Below are positions 10,048-21,847 of a stretch of 51,287 bases of DNA, one piece after another (the stretch's first letter is position 1; each line of letters starts with the position of its first letter). This DNA comes from Octopus sinensis (Eukaryota). The notes beneath the pieces are model-generated. The model ran no database searches. It saw only the letters and a list, made by a program, of their open reading frames with translations, and was not told the origin of the DNA. Made by a program: the position numbers and the translations under genes. The stretch covers positions 1 to 51,287 of the forward strand of contig NW_021834545.1 in the NCBI RefSeq assembly GCF_006345805.1, in the 5' to 3' direction.

Positions 10048-11752
10048 ATTTCTTTATTGGCCACAAGGGGCTAAACATAGAGGGGAAAACAAGGACAGAC
10101 AAACGGATTAAGTCGATTATATCAACTCCATTGCGTAACTGGTACTTAATTTATCGAAAGGATGAAAGGCAAACTCGACCTCGGCGGAATTTGAACTAAG
10201 AACGTAACAGCAGACGAAATACCTATTTCTTAACTACCCACAAGGGGCTAAACACAGAGGAGACAAACAAGAACAAACAAACGGATTAAGTTGATTATAT
10301 CGACCACAGTGCGTAACTGGTACTTATTTAATCAACCCCGAAAGGATGAAAGGCAAAGTCGACCTCGGCGGAATTTGAACTCAGAACGTAGCGGCAGACG
10401 AAATACCTATTTCTTTACTACCCACAAGGGGCTAAATACAGAGAGGACAAACAAGGACAGACAAAGGGATGAAGTCGATTATATCGACCCCAGTGCGCAA
10501 CTCGTACTTATTTAATCGACCCCAAAAGGATGAAATGCAAAGTCGACCTCGGAGAAATTTGAACTCAGAACGTAACGGCAGACGAAATACCTATTTCTTT
10601 ATTACCCACAAGGGGCTAAATACAGAGAGGAGACAAAAAAGGACAGACAAAGGGATTAAGTCGATTATATCGACCCCAGTGCGCAACTCGTACTTATTTA
10701 ATCAACCCCGAAAGGATGAAAGGCAAAGTCGACCTCGGCGGAATTTGAACTCAGAACGTAACGACAGACGAAATACCTATTTCTTTATTACCCACAAGGG
10801 GCTAAATACAGAGAGGAGACAAAAAAGGACAGACAAAGGGATTAAGTCGATTATATCGACCCCAGTGCGCAACTCGTACTTATTTAATCGACCCCAAAAG
10901 GATGAAATGCAAAGTCGACCTCGGAGAAATTTGAACTCAGAACGTAACGGCAGACGAAATACCTATTTCTTTATTACCCACAAGGGGCTAAATACAGAGA
11001 GGACAAACAAGGACAGACAAAGGGATTAAGTCGATTATATCGACCCCAGTGCGCAACTCGTACTTATTTAATCGACCCCAAAAGGATGAAATGCAAAGTC
11101 GACCTCGGAGAAATTTGAACTCAGAACGTAACGGCAGACGAAATACCTATTTCTTTATTACCCACAAGGGGCTAAATACAGAGAGGAGACAAACAAGGAC
11201 AGACAAAGGGATTAAGTCGATTATATCGACCCCAGTGCGCAACTCGTACTTATTTAATCGACCCCAAAAGGATGAAATGCAAAGTCGACCTCGGAGAAAT
11301 TTGAACTCAGAACGTAGCGGCAGACGAAATACCTATTTCTTTATTACCCACAAGGGGCTAAATACAGAGAGGACAAACAAGGACAGACAAAGGGATTAAG
11401 TCGATTATATCGACCACAGTGCGTAACTCGTACTTATTTAATCGACCCCAAAAGGATGAAATGCAAAGTCGACCTCGGAGAAATTTGAACTCAGAACGTA
11501 GCGGCAGACGAAATACCTATTTCTTTACTACCCACAAGGGGCTAAATACAGAGAGGAGACAAACAAGGACAGACAAAGGGATTAAGTCGATTATATCGAC
11601 CCCAGTGCGCAACTCGTACTTATTTAATCAACCCCGAAAGGATGAAATGCAAAGTCGACCTCGGCGGAATTTGAACTCAGAACGTAACGGCAGACGAAAT
11701 ACCGCTAAGCATTTCGCCCGGCGTGCCAACGGTTCTACCAGCTCACCGCCTT
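10048..11752 (-). mobile_element. SINE-B nine-unit tandem array (period about 184-186 bp)
   Basis: Nine CCACAAGGGG anchors near 10061, 10237, 10421, 10605, 10791, 10977, 11161, 11347 and 11531; a single complete head at 11700-11750; degenerate 18-bp TSD at 10030-10047 / 11753-11770 (16/18). Confidence 0.93.
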
Positions 11753-11794
11753 ACATATACATGTTATCTTTTATGTTGTAACTTTATGCAAGGT

Positions 11795-12030
11795 ACATCA
11801 TCATCGTTGCATATGTTCAGTCCACTGCATGACGAAGGCCACAGCGTTTTCTCTCCACCAACTACGGTCTAATGTTTTCCTGATACAAGTTTGGGTACCG
11901 AAGAATTTAAAAGTCTACATTCCAGCTTCTACATAGTCTTCCCGTCCATTCTTCTGGACGTAGTGTCCACTGTGTCAAATTTCTGTTCTGTCTATTGCCT
12001 TTTATTCTAAACACATGAACCGATTTTCTA
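11795..12030 (-). mobile_element. Decayed RTE-clade LINE 3' end
   Basis: Minus translation ...TLDRSWWRENAVAFVMQWT resembles the RTE C-terminal A-x-DR-x-x-WR...AFVQQWT motif; (GAT)n tail. Confidence 0.65.
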
Positions 12031-12079
12031 TTCCATCTATTGTCTTTTCTTATAATAATATAATATAGTTAAATTATTG

Positions 12080-12262
12080 TATACAGTGCTTAGGTGCACC
12101 ACAACTTGTCAAAAGTGCGTATAAAGCATATGCAGTAATGAACAAATGTCTGGGAAATGAACAGTGTATGAGTCAGATACATGCTTGCGTGTGTATGGAG
12201 AGGAGAAAATCAGGTGTAGTGTTGGCGAATCTCAGGAAGCATGGAAGTTTTGAAGGATGTAG
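12080..12262 (-). mobile_element. CR1/L2-group LINE 3' end fragment
   Basis: Minus translation TSFKTSMLPEIRQHYT* followed by a 3'UTR, resembling CR1-type ORF2 ends. Confidence 0.55.
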
Positions 12263-12420
12263 ATGATCCGCAAAAGACTATTTTACTATCCAAATAATAT
12301 ACGTTAAACCTGTTTCCCCTCTTATCCTGTTTTTTTTTTCCACATATCCATTTTGCTAATCATCAGTATTCTTTTTTCCATGGTTCTTTGTGTTGAAATA
12401 TCATTTATTTCAATCTATAC

Positions 12421-12838
12421 TCTTTACTCTTTTACTCTTTTACTTGTTTCAGTCATTTGACTGCGGCCATGCTGGAGCACCGCCTTTAGTCGAGCAAATC
12501 GACCCCGGGACTTATTCTTTTGTAAGTCCAGTACTATTCTATCGGTCTCTTTTGCCGAACTGCTAAGTGACGGGGACGTAAACACACCAGCATCGGTTGT
12601 CAAGCAATGCTAGTGGGACAGACACAGACCCACAAACACACATATATATACATATATATATATATACATATATACGACAGGCTTCTTTCAGTTTCCGACT
12701 ACCAAATCCACTCACAAGGCATTGGTCGGCCCGGGGCTATAGCAGAAGACACTTGCCCAAGATTCCACGCAGTGGAACTGAACCCGGAACCATGTGGTTG
12801 GTTAGCAAGCTACTTACCACACAGCCACTCCTGCGCCT
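12421..12838 (-). mobile_element. SINE-A, full length
   Basis: Reverse complement of head, microsatellite and tail as in 6257-6656. Confidence 0.93.
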
Positions 12839-13210
12839 CAAGTTTTGCATTAACCTACAACATTAACCCTCAATACGTGCTTGACAAATGTGGAAGTGAA
12901 TCTCTTACGAGGAAAATGAAAAAATAAAAGCAATCCATTTGGAAATAAAAGTAGAGAGAGTCATCATGAACGAAGAAAATATCCTTCAGTGCTTTAACGC
13001 AAATTCAATTTTTTCCTAGTTGACAATCATTGCACCACGGCAACGGATAAGCAGCGAACCAGCATTACAGAAGTCATGTACATCCAATAAATTTAGGATC
13101 ATCATTAAAATTGTCTGAAACATTTGAGGAAATATTTAAAAATTTAATCACTTAATTGGAGGACTAAATTTTAAAAATAGCCTCATTGCTATACAGCCCT
13201 ACGTATTTAT

Positions 13211-13648
13211 CACTGCTAGTCCTGTTTGTATTTAGACAACAACTTCGTGAACAGGAAAAGAATATAAATCGTCCATGTGCAAGAGCTACGTAATACTTAT
13301 AAGTATTATGGCAACAAGTATATAAGTGTCACGACAAATGATTTAAAAACAAGATTATATTCCCATACTCATTGCCTTCACAAGAAATTTGACTTTCACT
13401 TCTGCTTTTACTTGGAAATCAAAACATTTCACTGCTAGTCCTGTTTGTATTCAGACAACAACTTCGTGAACAGGAAAACAATATAAATCGTCCATGTGCA
13501 AGAGCTACGTAATACTTATAAGTACTATGGCAACTAGTGTATGAGTGTCACGACAAATGATTTTAAAACAAGATTATATTCCCATACTCATTGCTTTCAC
13601 AAACAATTTTACTTTCACTTCTGCTTTTACTTGGAAATCAAAACATTT
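13211..13648. repeat. Tandem duplication, 2 x 219 bp
   Basis: CACTGCTAGTCCTGTTTGTATT starts at 13211 and 13430; copies are highly similar. Confidence 0.9.
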
Positions 13649-14329
13649 TGAACTTTTCATATAAATTTAATCTAAAAATGCTCTAACAAATGATGTAGGA
13701 CATAAAGTTTCTAACTTGTACATAGTCGAGAAGCAGGAAGTATTTCTTCTCCTAAAATATCATTAATGAATTACAACGCATCACTTAGTATAAAGATAAC
13801 ATTTTTTTAAACCTTACATTAGAAGCCATTTTACTATACAAACAGATACATGAGTTTACGTATCGGTATTTAATACTATCTATATACTTCATCACTAAAA
13901 ACATTATTTCTTAACTTACACAACAAACTATCTAGATTTACCAATCTATTGATTTTAACCATAATGTCATTTTACATAGTAACGTATTTTGCTTCGCTTT
14001 GACTTGGAAATCAATTGACATATTATAATAGATGACTTTTCCCGTATGTCTTTCCGTTTCTTTGATGTTTACCTAATGTTTTTCATAATGTCATTCCTTT
14101 TTCTACTCTATATAATAGTAATTTGAAATAGACTGTGTTTCTGATAGCATCTATTGATGTTGCGTGTTGTAACTTTACCTACTTAGTGTTAGATCTTTGG
14201 ATGTCTATTGATGTCGATATTCGCGTTTTTGCGTGTTCATCTTTGTCTATTTATACAAAGTGTGCACGGAGCTTGTGTATGTGACTGTGTGCTCGTGTGA
14301 AACCACTTGTGTGTGCGTAGAACATTGCG

Positions 14330-14381
14330 TCTGTGTGTGCAAGTGTGTGTATATATATATATGTGTGTGTGTGTGTGTTTA

Positions 14382-14446
<65 letters not shown>

Positions 14447-14758
14447 ATGTATGTATGTATGTATGTATATGTATATACAATGCGATAATGTGTTTATCCG
14501 TATGTATCTTGTATTATCTATAGATGTATGTACACATTCATACATATGTATATATTTATGCTTGTGTATATGTCAATCAACATAAACACATATATACATA
14601 CACTTCCATATACTTATGTGCATTTACTGATGTATTACAAATATACAGTTAGACCGTTGAAACTTTTTTATATATATATATATGTGTGTGTGTATGTATA
14701 TATGTATATATATATATGTATGTATGTATATATATATGTGTATGCATGCATGTATATA

Positions 14759-14794
<36 letters not shown>

Positions 14795-14840
14795 TGTATG
14801 TATGTATGTACGTATGTGTGTGCGTGTATGTATGTATAAA
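14330..14840. repeat. (TG/TA/TATG)n microsatellite cluster
   Basis: Direct reading. Confidence 0.88.
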
Positions 14841-15066
14841 ACAGGAATTTTCCATTTGCCCTAATCCTTTTAGAGCCATCAAATATTTAATTCAATTTAT
14901 CTTCATATATTGGTTTCAAATTTTGCCACAAGGCCAGCAATCTCGGGGGAAGGGACTAGTCTATTATGTGTCAAGAAATAATTATGGAATCCCAACAGTT
15001 AATTTGCCGAAACACATGTATGTTTCATAAAGTATACAATACCATATTTATTTTCTACATTTCATT

Positions 15067-15217
<151 letters not shown>

Positions 15218-15699
15218 CGTTCTACCAATTTTCGTTTCAGTATATTAGCATCAATGATAATTGTGTGCGTGTGTGCGTTTGTGTGTTTGTGTGTATACAT
15301 ATCCCTCCACCATAAAAAGAATGTCGACTTCCGGCCAGTATGTCTAAAGTGTCGTCAATATTGCCAAGTGTAGTAGTTTATGCGAAACAGGCGGTAAGAT
15401 TCTTGCCAGTTACACGCCATAGCCAACAACACATTGCTCGATGTCTAAAAATATAAACCATTTATTTTCTATTAGAGTGTGCTTTCTTTTCTGGCTTATG
15501 GATAGCAAATCGATAATTATTCTTTTCAACATGCAAATGTTTGTTTCTAATCACAAGGCACCAGTTACTACGATTTAAATGTGTCTTGTGTATATAAAAG
15601 ATTCAACGAATATCATTTGAATAATCACAGCGATGATATTGTGCTGTGATGGAAGTGTAATTAATATAATAATATACTATATTTTTTACTACACCCACC

Positions 15700-16059
15700 C
15701 ACACATCTATTTATCTATATATCAATCTATCTATCAATCTAATAATCTGTCCATCCATCCATCTATCAATCTATATATCTATCTATTAATCTATCCATCC
15801 ATCTATCTATCTGTCTATCTCTTTGACTATCTGTCACTCTCTCTATGTATTTATATATCTATCTATCCATTCATCTATCTATCCATCCATCCAACATATC
15901 TATCTACCTATCTAACTATCAGACTATATATCTATCTATTAATCTATCAATGTTTGTGTGTGCGTATATGTGTCTCTGTGTGTCTGTGAGAGTGTGTGTG
16001 GAAATATACACAGACATACACACAAACACACACACACACACACCACACACACACACACA

Positions 16060-16097
<38 letters not shown>

Positions 16098-16105
16098 CAT
16101 ACATA
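15700..16105. repeat. Degenerate (TCTA/TCCA)n followed by (CA)n(TA)n
   Basis: Direct reading. Confidence 0.85.
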
Positions 16106-16541
16106 TCGCAGACCTCACTTATGGACTCATAGTGGATAAAAGCATTCTTTAATTTCGCGAAAAAGATGCCGTTCGCTCTTCAAAGTATTTCTCTCGCTAT
16201 CAGTTATTTTTTAATAAGTCCTCCAGCTATTTACCACATCAATATCTGAACGAAGAATGATATTCTATTTATTGTTCACGAGAAGATTCCACTGTTACCT
16301 CGTTACTCACGACCTTTCACAGAGGAACTCAAAACTAGGGTGAAATCCTGTGAACTTTCGGCGGCCGTAGCAAACGGTTCTCCTCTGTCAACGACATAAA
16401 TACGATTTTTTTGTGCACCGCGACTCCTTATGAGGGGTCCTCTCTAGGGAAATAATGCAGTATTCTCTGTTCTAGCACAACATCCAAGCCACGTTGGTGA
16501 TAAAGATTGTTTTTGTTATTGCTAATGGTGCTGATGTAGCC

Positions 16542-16576
<35 letters not shown>

Positions 16577-16582
<6 letters not shown>

Positions 16583-16970
16583 GAAAAAAGCAACAAGAAT
16601 GGATTAAAATATCGGTACAATTGTTTCGTACGAGGACATCTTTAATAAGCTACAAAAAATGCAGTAAATATAGATGGCTCGTACTCGTCAGCCGAAAAAA
16701 CATCAGAGATTCCCAAACATCAAAAGGGGTAGATACAAATGAGGGTGTGAGATTAACTGCATTGAAGAACGTTATAGTTCATAGTGAATTGTTAATCAAG
16801 TAACTTGATTAACAACTTGATCTCCAGGAATCGAACGTTCTTCAATGCAGTTAATCTCACACCCTCACACCATCTGTATTTACTGCATTTTTTGTAGCTT
16901 ATTAAAGATGTCCTCGTACGAAACAATTGTACCGATATTTTAATCCATTCTTGTTGCTTTTTTCCTATTT
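16577..16970. mobile_element. Palindromic Penelope-like terminal-repeat structure
   Basis: AAATAGGAAAAAAGCAACAAGAATGG... mirrored at 16970; central hairpin TTGTTAATCAAG-TA-ACTTGATTAACAA; right arm lacks about 65 bp present in the left arm; abuts (TA)n. Confidence 0.8.
16612..16695 (-). ncRNA. Type I hammerhead ribozyme with intact consensus core
   Basis: Minus strand: UCGG-CUGACGA-GUACGAG-(about 43-nt loop)-CUCGUAC-GAAAC-AAUU-GUA-CCGA; all three stems pair, cleavage triplet GUA. Confidence 0.85.
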
Positions 16971-17085
16971 GTAATCACCCCACTTGTCGTATGGTTAACA
17001 CCATATAGATTTCCGGTGCATCCTAGTTAAGGACCATATTCATGTGAATTCATTAGAATTCACTTGAATCTCAATTACCTAAACC

Positions 17086-17135
<50 letters not shown>

Positions 17136-17136
<1 letters not shown>

Positions 17137-17360
17137 GTTAATCCAACAAGAAAACACAGAAAAAAAGAGAAAAAAAAGAGAAAAAAACACAGCAACGCAG
17201 GACGTGGAACAATTAAAGTATTATTGACGCTCAGGAAAGAAGGGAAGGAGGGTTTAACGTTTCGAGCGGAGCTCTTCGTCGGAAACAAGGAGAAGGAAAG
17301 ATCCCAAGGAGAGAAGACAGAGGAGAAAATATTTGAGCTGGTGGTGCTCAAGAGATCACA
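17136..17360 (-). mobile_element. Penelope-like terminal-repeat fragment between (TA)n runs
   Basis: Shared with 1073-1182; contains an HHR-like motif. Confidence 0.65.
17252..17286 (-). ncRNA. Minimal HHR-like motif with U4C core variant
   Basis: Minus strand: GUUU-CCGACGA-A-GAGC(UCC)GCUC-GAA-ACGU-U-AAAC. Confidence 0.55.
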
Positions 17361-17850
17361 TATATATATAGGTTGGAAAAATGTTGCAAATCAATTTTTT
17401 ATATATAATACATGGAGGTGGAAATAAAACAAGTAAATCTAAGATATTTCAATTAAAGAAGGAATTTAATAAAAATTATTTGTAAAATTATATAAAGAAA
17501 ATATTACTGGTTTCGGTAATGAACATCATTTTATCAGATATCAGTACAAATTTATAAAAATTTCAAGTAAAAATAATTTATCTTCTGTTGGGGTGTCAAA
17601 AACGTGTTTGGAATTTTTTCGTTGAAGTCTTTTTCCCTTGTAGCACTTGGTATAGAGTTCGAAGTGTTGAAGAGTAAGAGGTGTAGTTGTCTATTATCGA
17701 AAAGAAATTTTTGTGGTTTCCAACTAAGGGATTGGCTTAAAAGCATTTATTGAATGGGTTTTATGTCCACCAGTGTGTGTGTGCTTGTGTGTGCGTTTGT
17801 GCGTTTGTATGTGTATGTGTGTGTGTGTATGTATGTATGTATGTATGTAT

Positions 17851-18259
17851 ACTCTTTACTCTTTTACTCTTTTACTTGTTTCAGCCATTTGACTGCGGCC
17901 ATGCTGGAGCACCGCCTTTAATCGAGCAACTCGACCCTGGGACTTATTCTTTGTAAGCCCAGTACTTATTCTATCGGTCTCCTTTGCCGAACCGCTAAGA
18001 TACGGGGACGTAAACACACCAGCATCGGTTGTCAAGCAATGCTAGGGGGACAAATACAGACACACAAACATACATGCACACACATATATATATATATATA
18101 TATACATATATACGACGGGCTTCTTTCAGTTTCCGTCTACCAAATCCACTCACAAGGCTTTAGTAGAAGACACTTTTCCAAGGTGCCACGCAGTGGGACT
18201 GAACCCGGAACCATGTGGTTGGTAAGTAAGCTACTTACCACACAGCCACTCCTGCGCCT
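17851..18259 (-). mobile_element. SINE-A with a small internal deletion
   Basis: Reverse complement of the SINE-A consensus. Confidence 0.92.
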
Positions 18260-18360
18260 ATATATGTGTGTATGTATAAACAAACTTTTATGTCAAGAGT
18301 TACTAATAACTTGCAGTGTGTATTATTTGTTAAGTGCTATAAATCTCCTCCAGAAACCTC

Positions 18361-18443
18361 TGTAGTTATTACTTATATTCTGTAATTATTACTTATATTC
18401 TGTAGTTATTACTTATATTCTGTAGTTATTACTTATATTCTGT
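18361..18443. repeat. 20-bp minisatellite, 4 copies
   Basis: TGTA(G/A)TTATTACTTATATTC repeated four times. Confidence 0.92.
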
Positions 18444-18454
18444 CATTTGAAACT

Positions 18455-18890
18455 CAACGAGATGGCAGAACCGTTAGCACGCCGGGAAAAATGCTTAGCA
18501 GCATTTCGTCCCTCTTTCCGTTCTGAGTTCAAATTCCGCCGAGGTCGACTTTGCCTTTCATCCTTTAGGGGTCGATAAATTAAGTACCAGTTACGCACTG
18601 GGATCGATGTAGTCGACTTAATCTCTTTGTCTGTCCTTGTTTGTCCCCTCTATGTTTAGCCCCTTGTGGGCAATAAAGAAATAAGAAATGTTAGCACGCC
18701 GGGCAAAATTATTAACAGCATTTCGTCCCACTTTCTGTTGTGAGTTCAAATTCCGCCGAGGTCGATTTTGCCTTTCATCCTTTCGTGATCGATAAATTAA
18801 GTACCAGTTGCGTACTGGGGGCGATCTAATCGACTGGCGTCCTTCCCCCATAATTTCGGGCCTTGCGTCTCGAGTAGAAAAGAGTATATA
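18455..18890 (+). mobile_element. SINE-B dimer with an alternative junction and mixed tails
   Basis: Tail AAAGAAATAAGAAA joined to TGTTAGCACGCCGGG of a second head; second unit ends in a different tail. Confidence 0.85.
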
Positions 18891-19381
18891 GAATTACAAT
18901 TACTCCATTGTCAAACACACCGAAGCCAAATTATGTCATGCAAATATCTTAGCTGCATAACTAAGACCTATGTGCGCATGCGTTTGCGTATCTGTGATTT
19001 TTTGTTTTGTCTTGTATCTTCTGTTTTTTTTTTTTGTGTATGTGTATTTGAGATTTATGTGTGCATGTCTGTGACACTGACTTTGCCCTGGTGCCGAATA
19101 TGTTGAGATATTTTGTATTACACTTATATGACTTACAACAATTTATAGTAAGGAATTAATTCTGTACGTAATTATATTTACATATATTCTTAGTGTAACA
19201 CATATGAATCTCTAATCTGAATTTTGCGGGTTTCTACGATGTTCAAAACTTTCGCAAACCAAATTTAGTCATAATTTTCTTTTTTATTTTATTTTGGAAC
19301 TGAAGGAAATTATATTAATATAATTTTCCGTTATAATATATTTTCCAGTAACTCTAATTTGATACCAACGCTTTAAACGGA

Positions 19382-19545
19382 TGTGGAAGTACATGTCCTA
19401 GGGGTTAGAGCAGCGGGTTTGAATCTCAGACCGGGCGATGTATGTCTTTATGAGCGAAACACAGCAGAAGGTAACGGCTCCGGTAGAAGATAATGGCGAA
19501 TGTCTGCTGGCTCTTTCGCCACAACTTTTTCTCACTCTTTCTCAC
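19382..19545 (+). mobile_element. Decayed SINE-C 5' half
   Basis: GTGGAAGTACATG...GGTTAGAGCAGCGG...AGACCGGGCGATG...CCACAACTTTTTCTCACTC. Confidence 0.75.
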
Positions 19546-19906
19546 TATATTACAATGGGATGAGGGAATGTGTGGAAAGAAAACATCTCATTTGACATAA
19601 CCAGTCATAATGATGGCTTCCATTACATGGATCATGAAAATTTACACAGACAGTCTTTTATTGTTACAGGTGTTCGGTTCATCTTAGTTTCGTGACAGCA
19701 GAGCGTGTACTCCAAGTACAGCTGCAGCTTGTGATAAGAAAACAATACTGGTCCTGAAGAGATTTCAAAATCTCGGTTAGATAGTTGTGAGCATCGTTAA
19801 CGTCGATAATGATATGGACTTTTACCATTTAGATTGCATTCGTCTCTGTTGAATTGTAATTCTATTAAGGCGCACAAAGGCGGTGAGCTGACGGGACTGT
19901 TACCAT

Positions 19907-20300
19907 GCGGCGAGCTGGCAGAATCGTTAACACTCCGGGTGAAATGCTTAGCAGTATTTCGTCTGCCTATACGTTCTGAGTTCAAATTCCTCCGAGGTCG
20001 ACTTTGCCTTTCATCCTTTCGGGGTCGATAAATTAAGAACCGGTAAACCACTGGGGCCGATGTAATCGACTTAATCCCATTGTCTGTCCTTGTTTGTCCC
20101 CTCTATGTTTAGCCCCTTGTGGGCAATAAAGAAATAAGAATTGTTACCATGCCGGACAAAATGTTTAGGCTCTTTACTTTCTGGATTCAAATGCTTCTGA
20201 TGTCGACTTTGCCTTTCAACCTTTCGGGGTCGATAAAATAAGTAGGAGTTTTGCTTTAACTTATTCCTCCCTTAAGAATTGGTAGCCTTCTAAAATTAGA
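19907..20300 (+). mobile_element. SINE-B dimer (second unit decayed)
   Basis: Head GCGGCGAGCTGGCAGAATCG; junction AAAGAAATAAGAATTGTTACCATGCCGG. Confidence 0.8.
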
Positions 20301-20395
20301 AAGAATTGCTCTACATGGTCATTTTGAGGAACAACGATATAAGTTTTACCAGTTTACTCATGGTTTCTATAATTCTCTGAGGGTTTGTTAACATA

Positions 20396-20810
20396 GGCGT
20401 AGGAGTGGCTGTGTGGTAAGTAGCTTGCTTACCAACCACACAGTTCCGGGTTCAGTCCCACTGCGTGGCACCTTGGGCAAGTGTCTTCTACTATAGCCTC
20501 GGGCCGACCAAAGACTTGTGAGTGGATTTGGTAGACGGAAACTGAAAGAAGCCCGTCGTATATATATAAACATATATGTGTGTGTGTGTGTGTGCGTGTG
20601 TGTTTGTGTGTCTGCGTTTGTCTCCCCAACATCGCTTGACAACCGATGCTGGTGTGTTTACGGCCCCGTTACTTAGCGGTTCGGCAAAAGAGACCGATAG
20701 GTTAAGTACTAGGCTTACAAAGAATAAGTCCTGGGGTCGATTTGCTCGACTAAAAAGGCGGTGCCCCAGCATGGCCGCAGTCAAATGAAACAAGTATAAA
20801 TAAAAGTAAA
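20396..20810 (+). mobile_element. SINE-A, full length
   Basis: Consensus head, microsatellite and tail. Confidence 0.93.
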
Positions 20811-21087
20811 GTATCCACCATCATTTCTGTAGATTGTTCCGCACTTATTTTTTTGGATATTTTATTATCTCCAGTCTCTGTGTCAATTGTTAACTGACCA
20901 CTGCGTTCAACTGAAGTTATGCATTTCAAATTGTGGTGCTAGGAAATCGCTTATCCAGGTAAAAACAGGTAGTTTTTTCCTTGCGTGTCGAAATGTAGAT
21001 ATCTTTCGAAAACGTTCTCAACTCATCTGTAACTGTACCGTTTCGGATGACTGGCGGAGTTTGCTTCAAATCACCAAATAATAGGAA

Positions 21088-21470
21088 GGAAGCACTCCGT
21101 CGGTTACGACGATGAGGGTTCCGGTTGATCCGATCAACGGAACAGCCTGCTCGTGAAATTAACGTGTAAGTGGCTGAGCACTCCACAGACACGTGCACCC
21201 TTAACGTAGTTCTCGGGGATATTCAGCGTGACACAGAGAGTGACAAGGCCGGCCCTTTGAAATACAGGTACAACAGAAACAGGAAGTAAGAGTGAAAGAA
21301 AGTTGTGGTGAAAGAGTACAGCAGGGATCACCACCATCCCCTGCCGGAGCCTCGTGGAGCTTTAGGTGTTTTCGCTCAATAAACACTCACAACGCCCGGT
21401 CTGGGAATCGAAACCGCGATCCTATGACCGCGAGTCCGCTGCCTAAACCACTGGGCCATTGCGCCTCCAC
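21088..21470 (-). mobile_element. SINE-C (tRNA-Arg-like head), full length
   Basis: Reverse complement of 21848-22243; anticodon-like GACTCGCGG. Confidence 0.92.
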
Positions 21471-21847
21471 GCACCAAATAATAAGACTGTGCATGTTAGT
21501 TTTACTGGTATAATAATAGAATGTGCGATGTGAACCTCATATTTCAGCCTGTAAAATATTGGCCATTCATCTCAGATTTCCGACTTGGCTTGCTTCAAAG
21601 CCTCTGCTAATAATGAAAATTAGAACTGTCATTTTGTGCATGGTTAACTGGCATCTTAAAGACAAATAGATTTACTAGTTTTGTACAACATGACAAGCTC
21701 GAGATTGCTACAAATCAAGGGGAGACCGGTGTTAACAGGCACCGGAACGGCTGTAGGACATGTATTGCATGCAAGCGCTCTCTGCGATTTGGTTACATTA
21801 TTAAAAACAAAACACCTCTTTTAACAAAAACTATATCATCAAAAGTT

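Noticed and set aside
10048-11752. CRISPR-like regular repeat array
   Set aside because: Whole units repeat, there are no unique spacers or cas genes, and the context is eukaryotic.
10291-11781. Repetitive ORFs of 116-186 aa
   Set aside because: Antisense translations of SINE-B units; frames break between units and there is no coding signature.
19668-19780. Possible exon after TTATTGTTACAG
   Set aside because: All three frames contain stops before the candidate donor.
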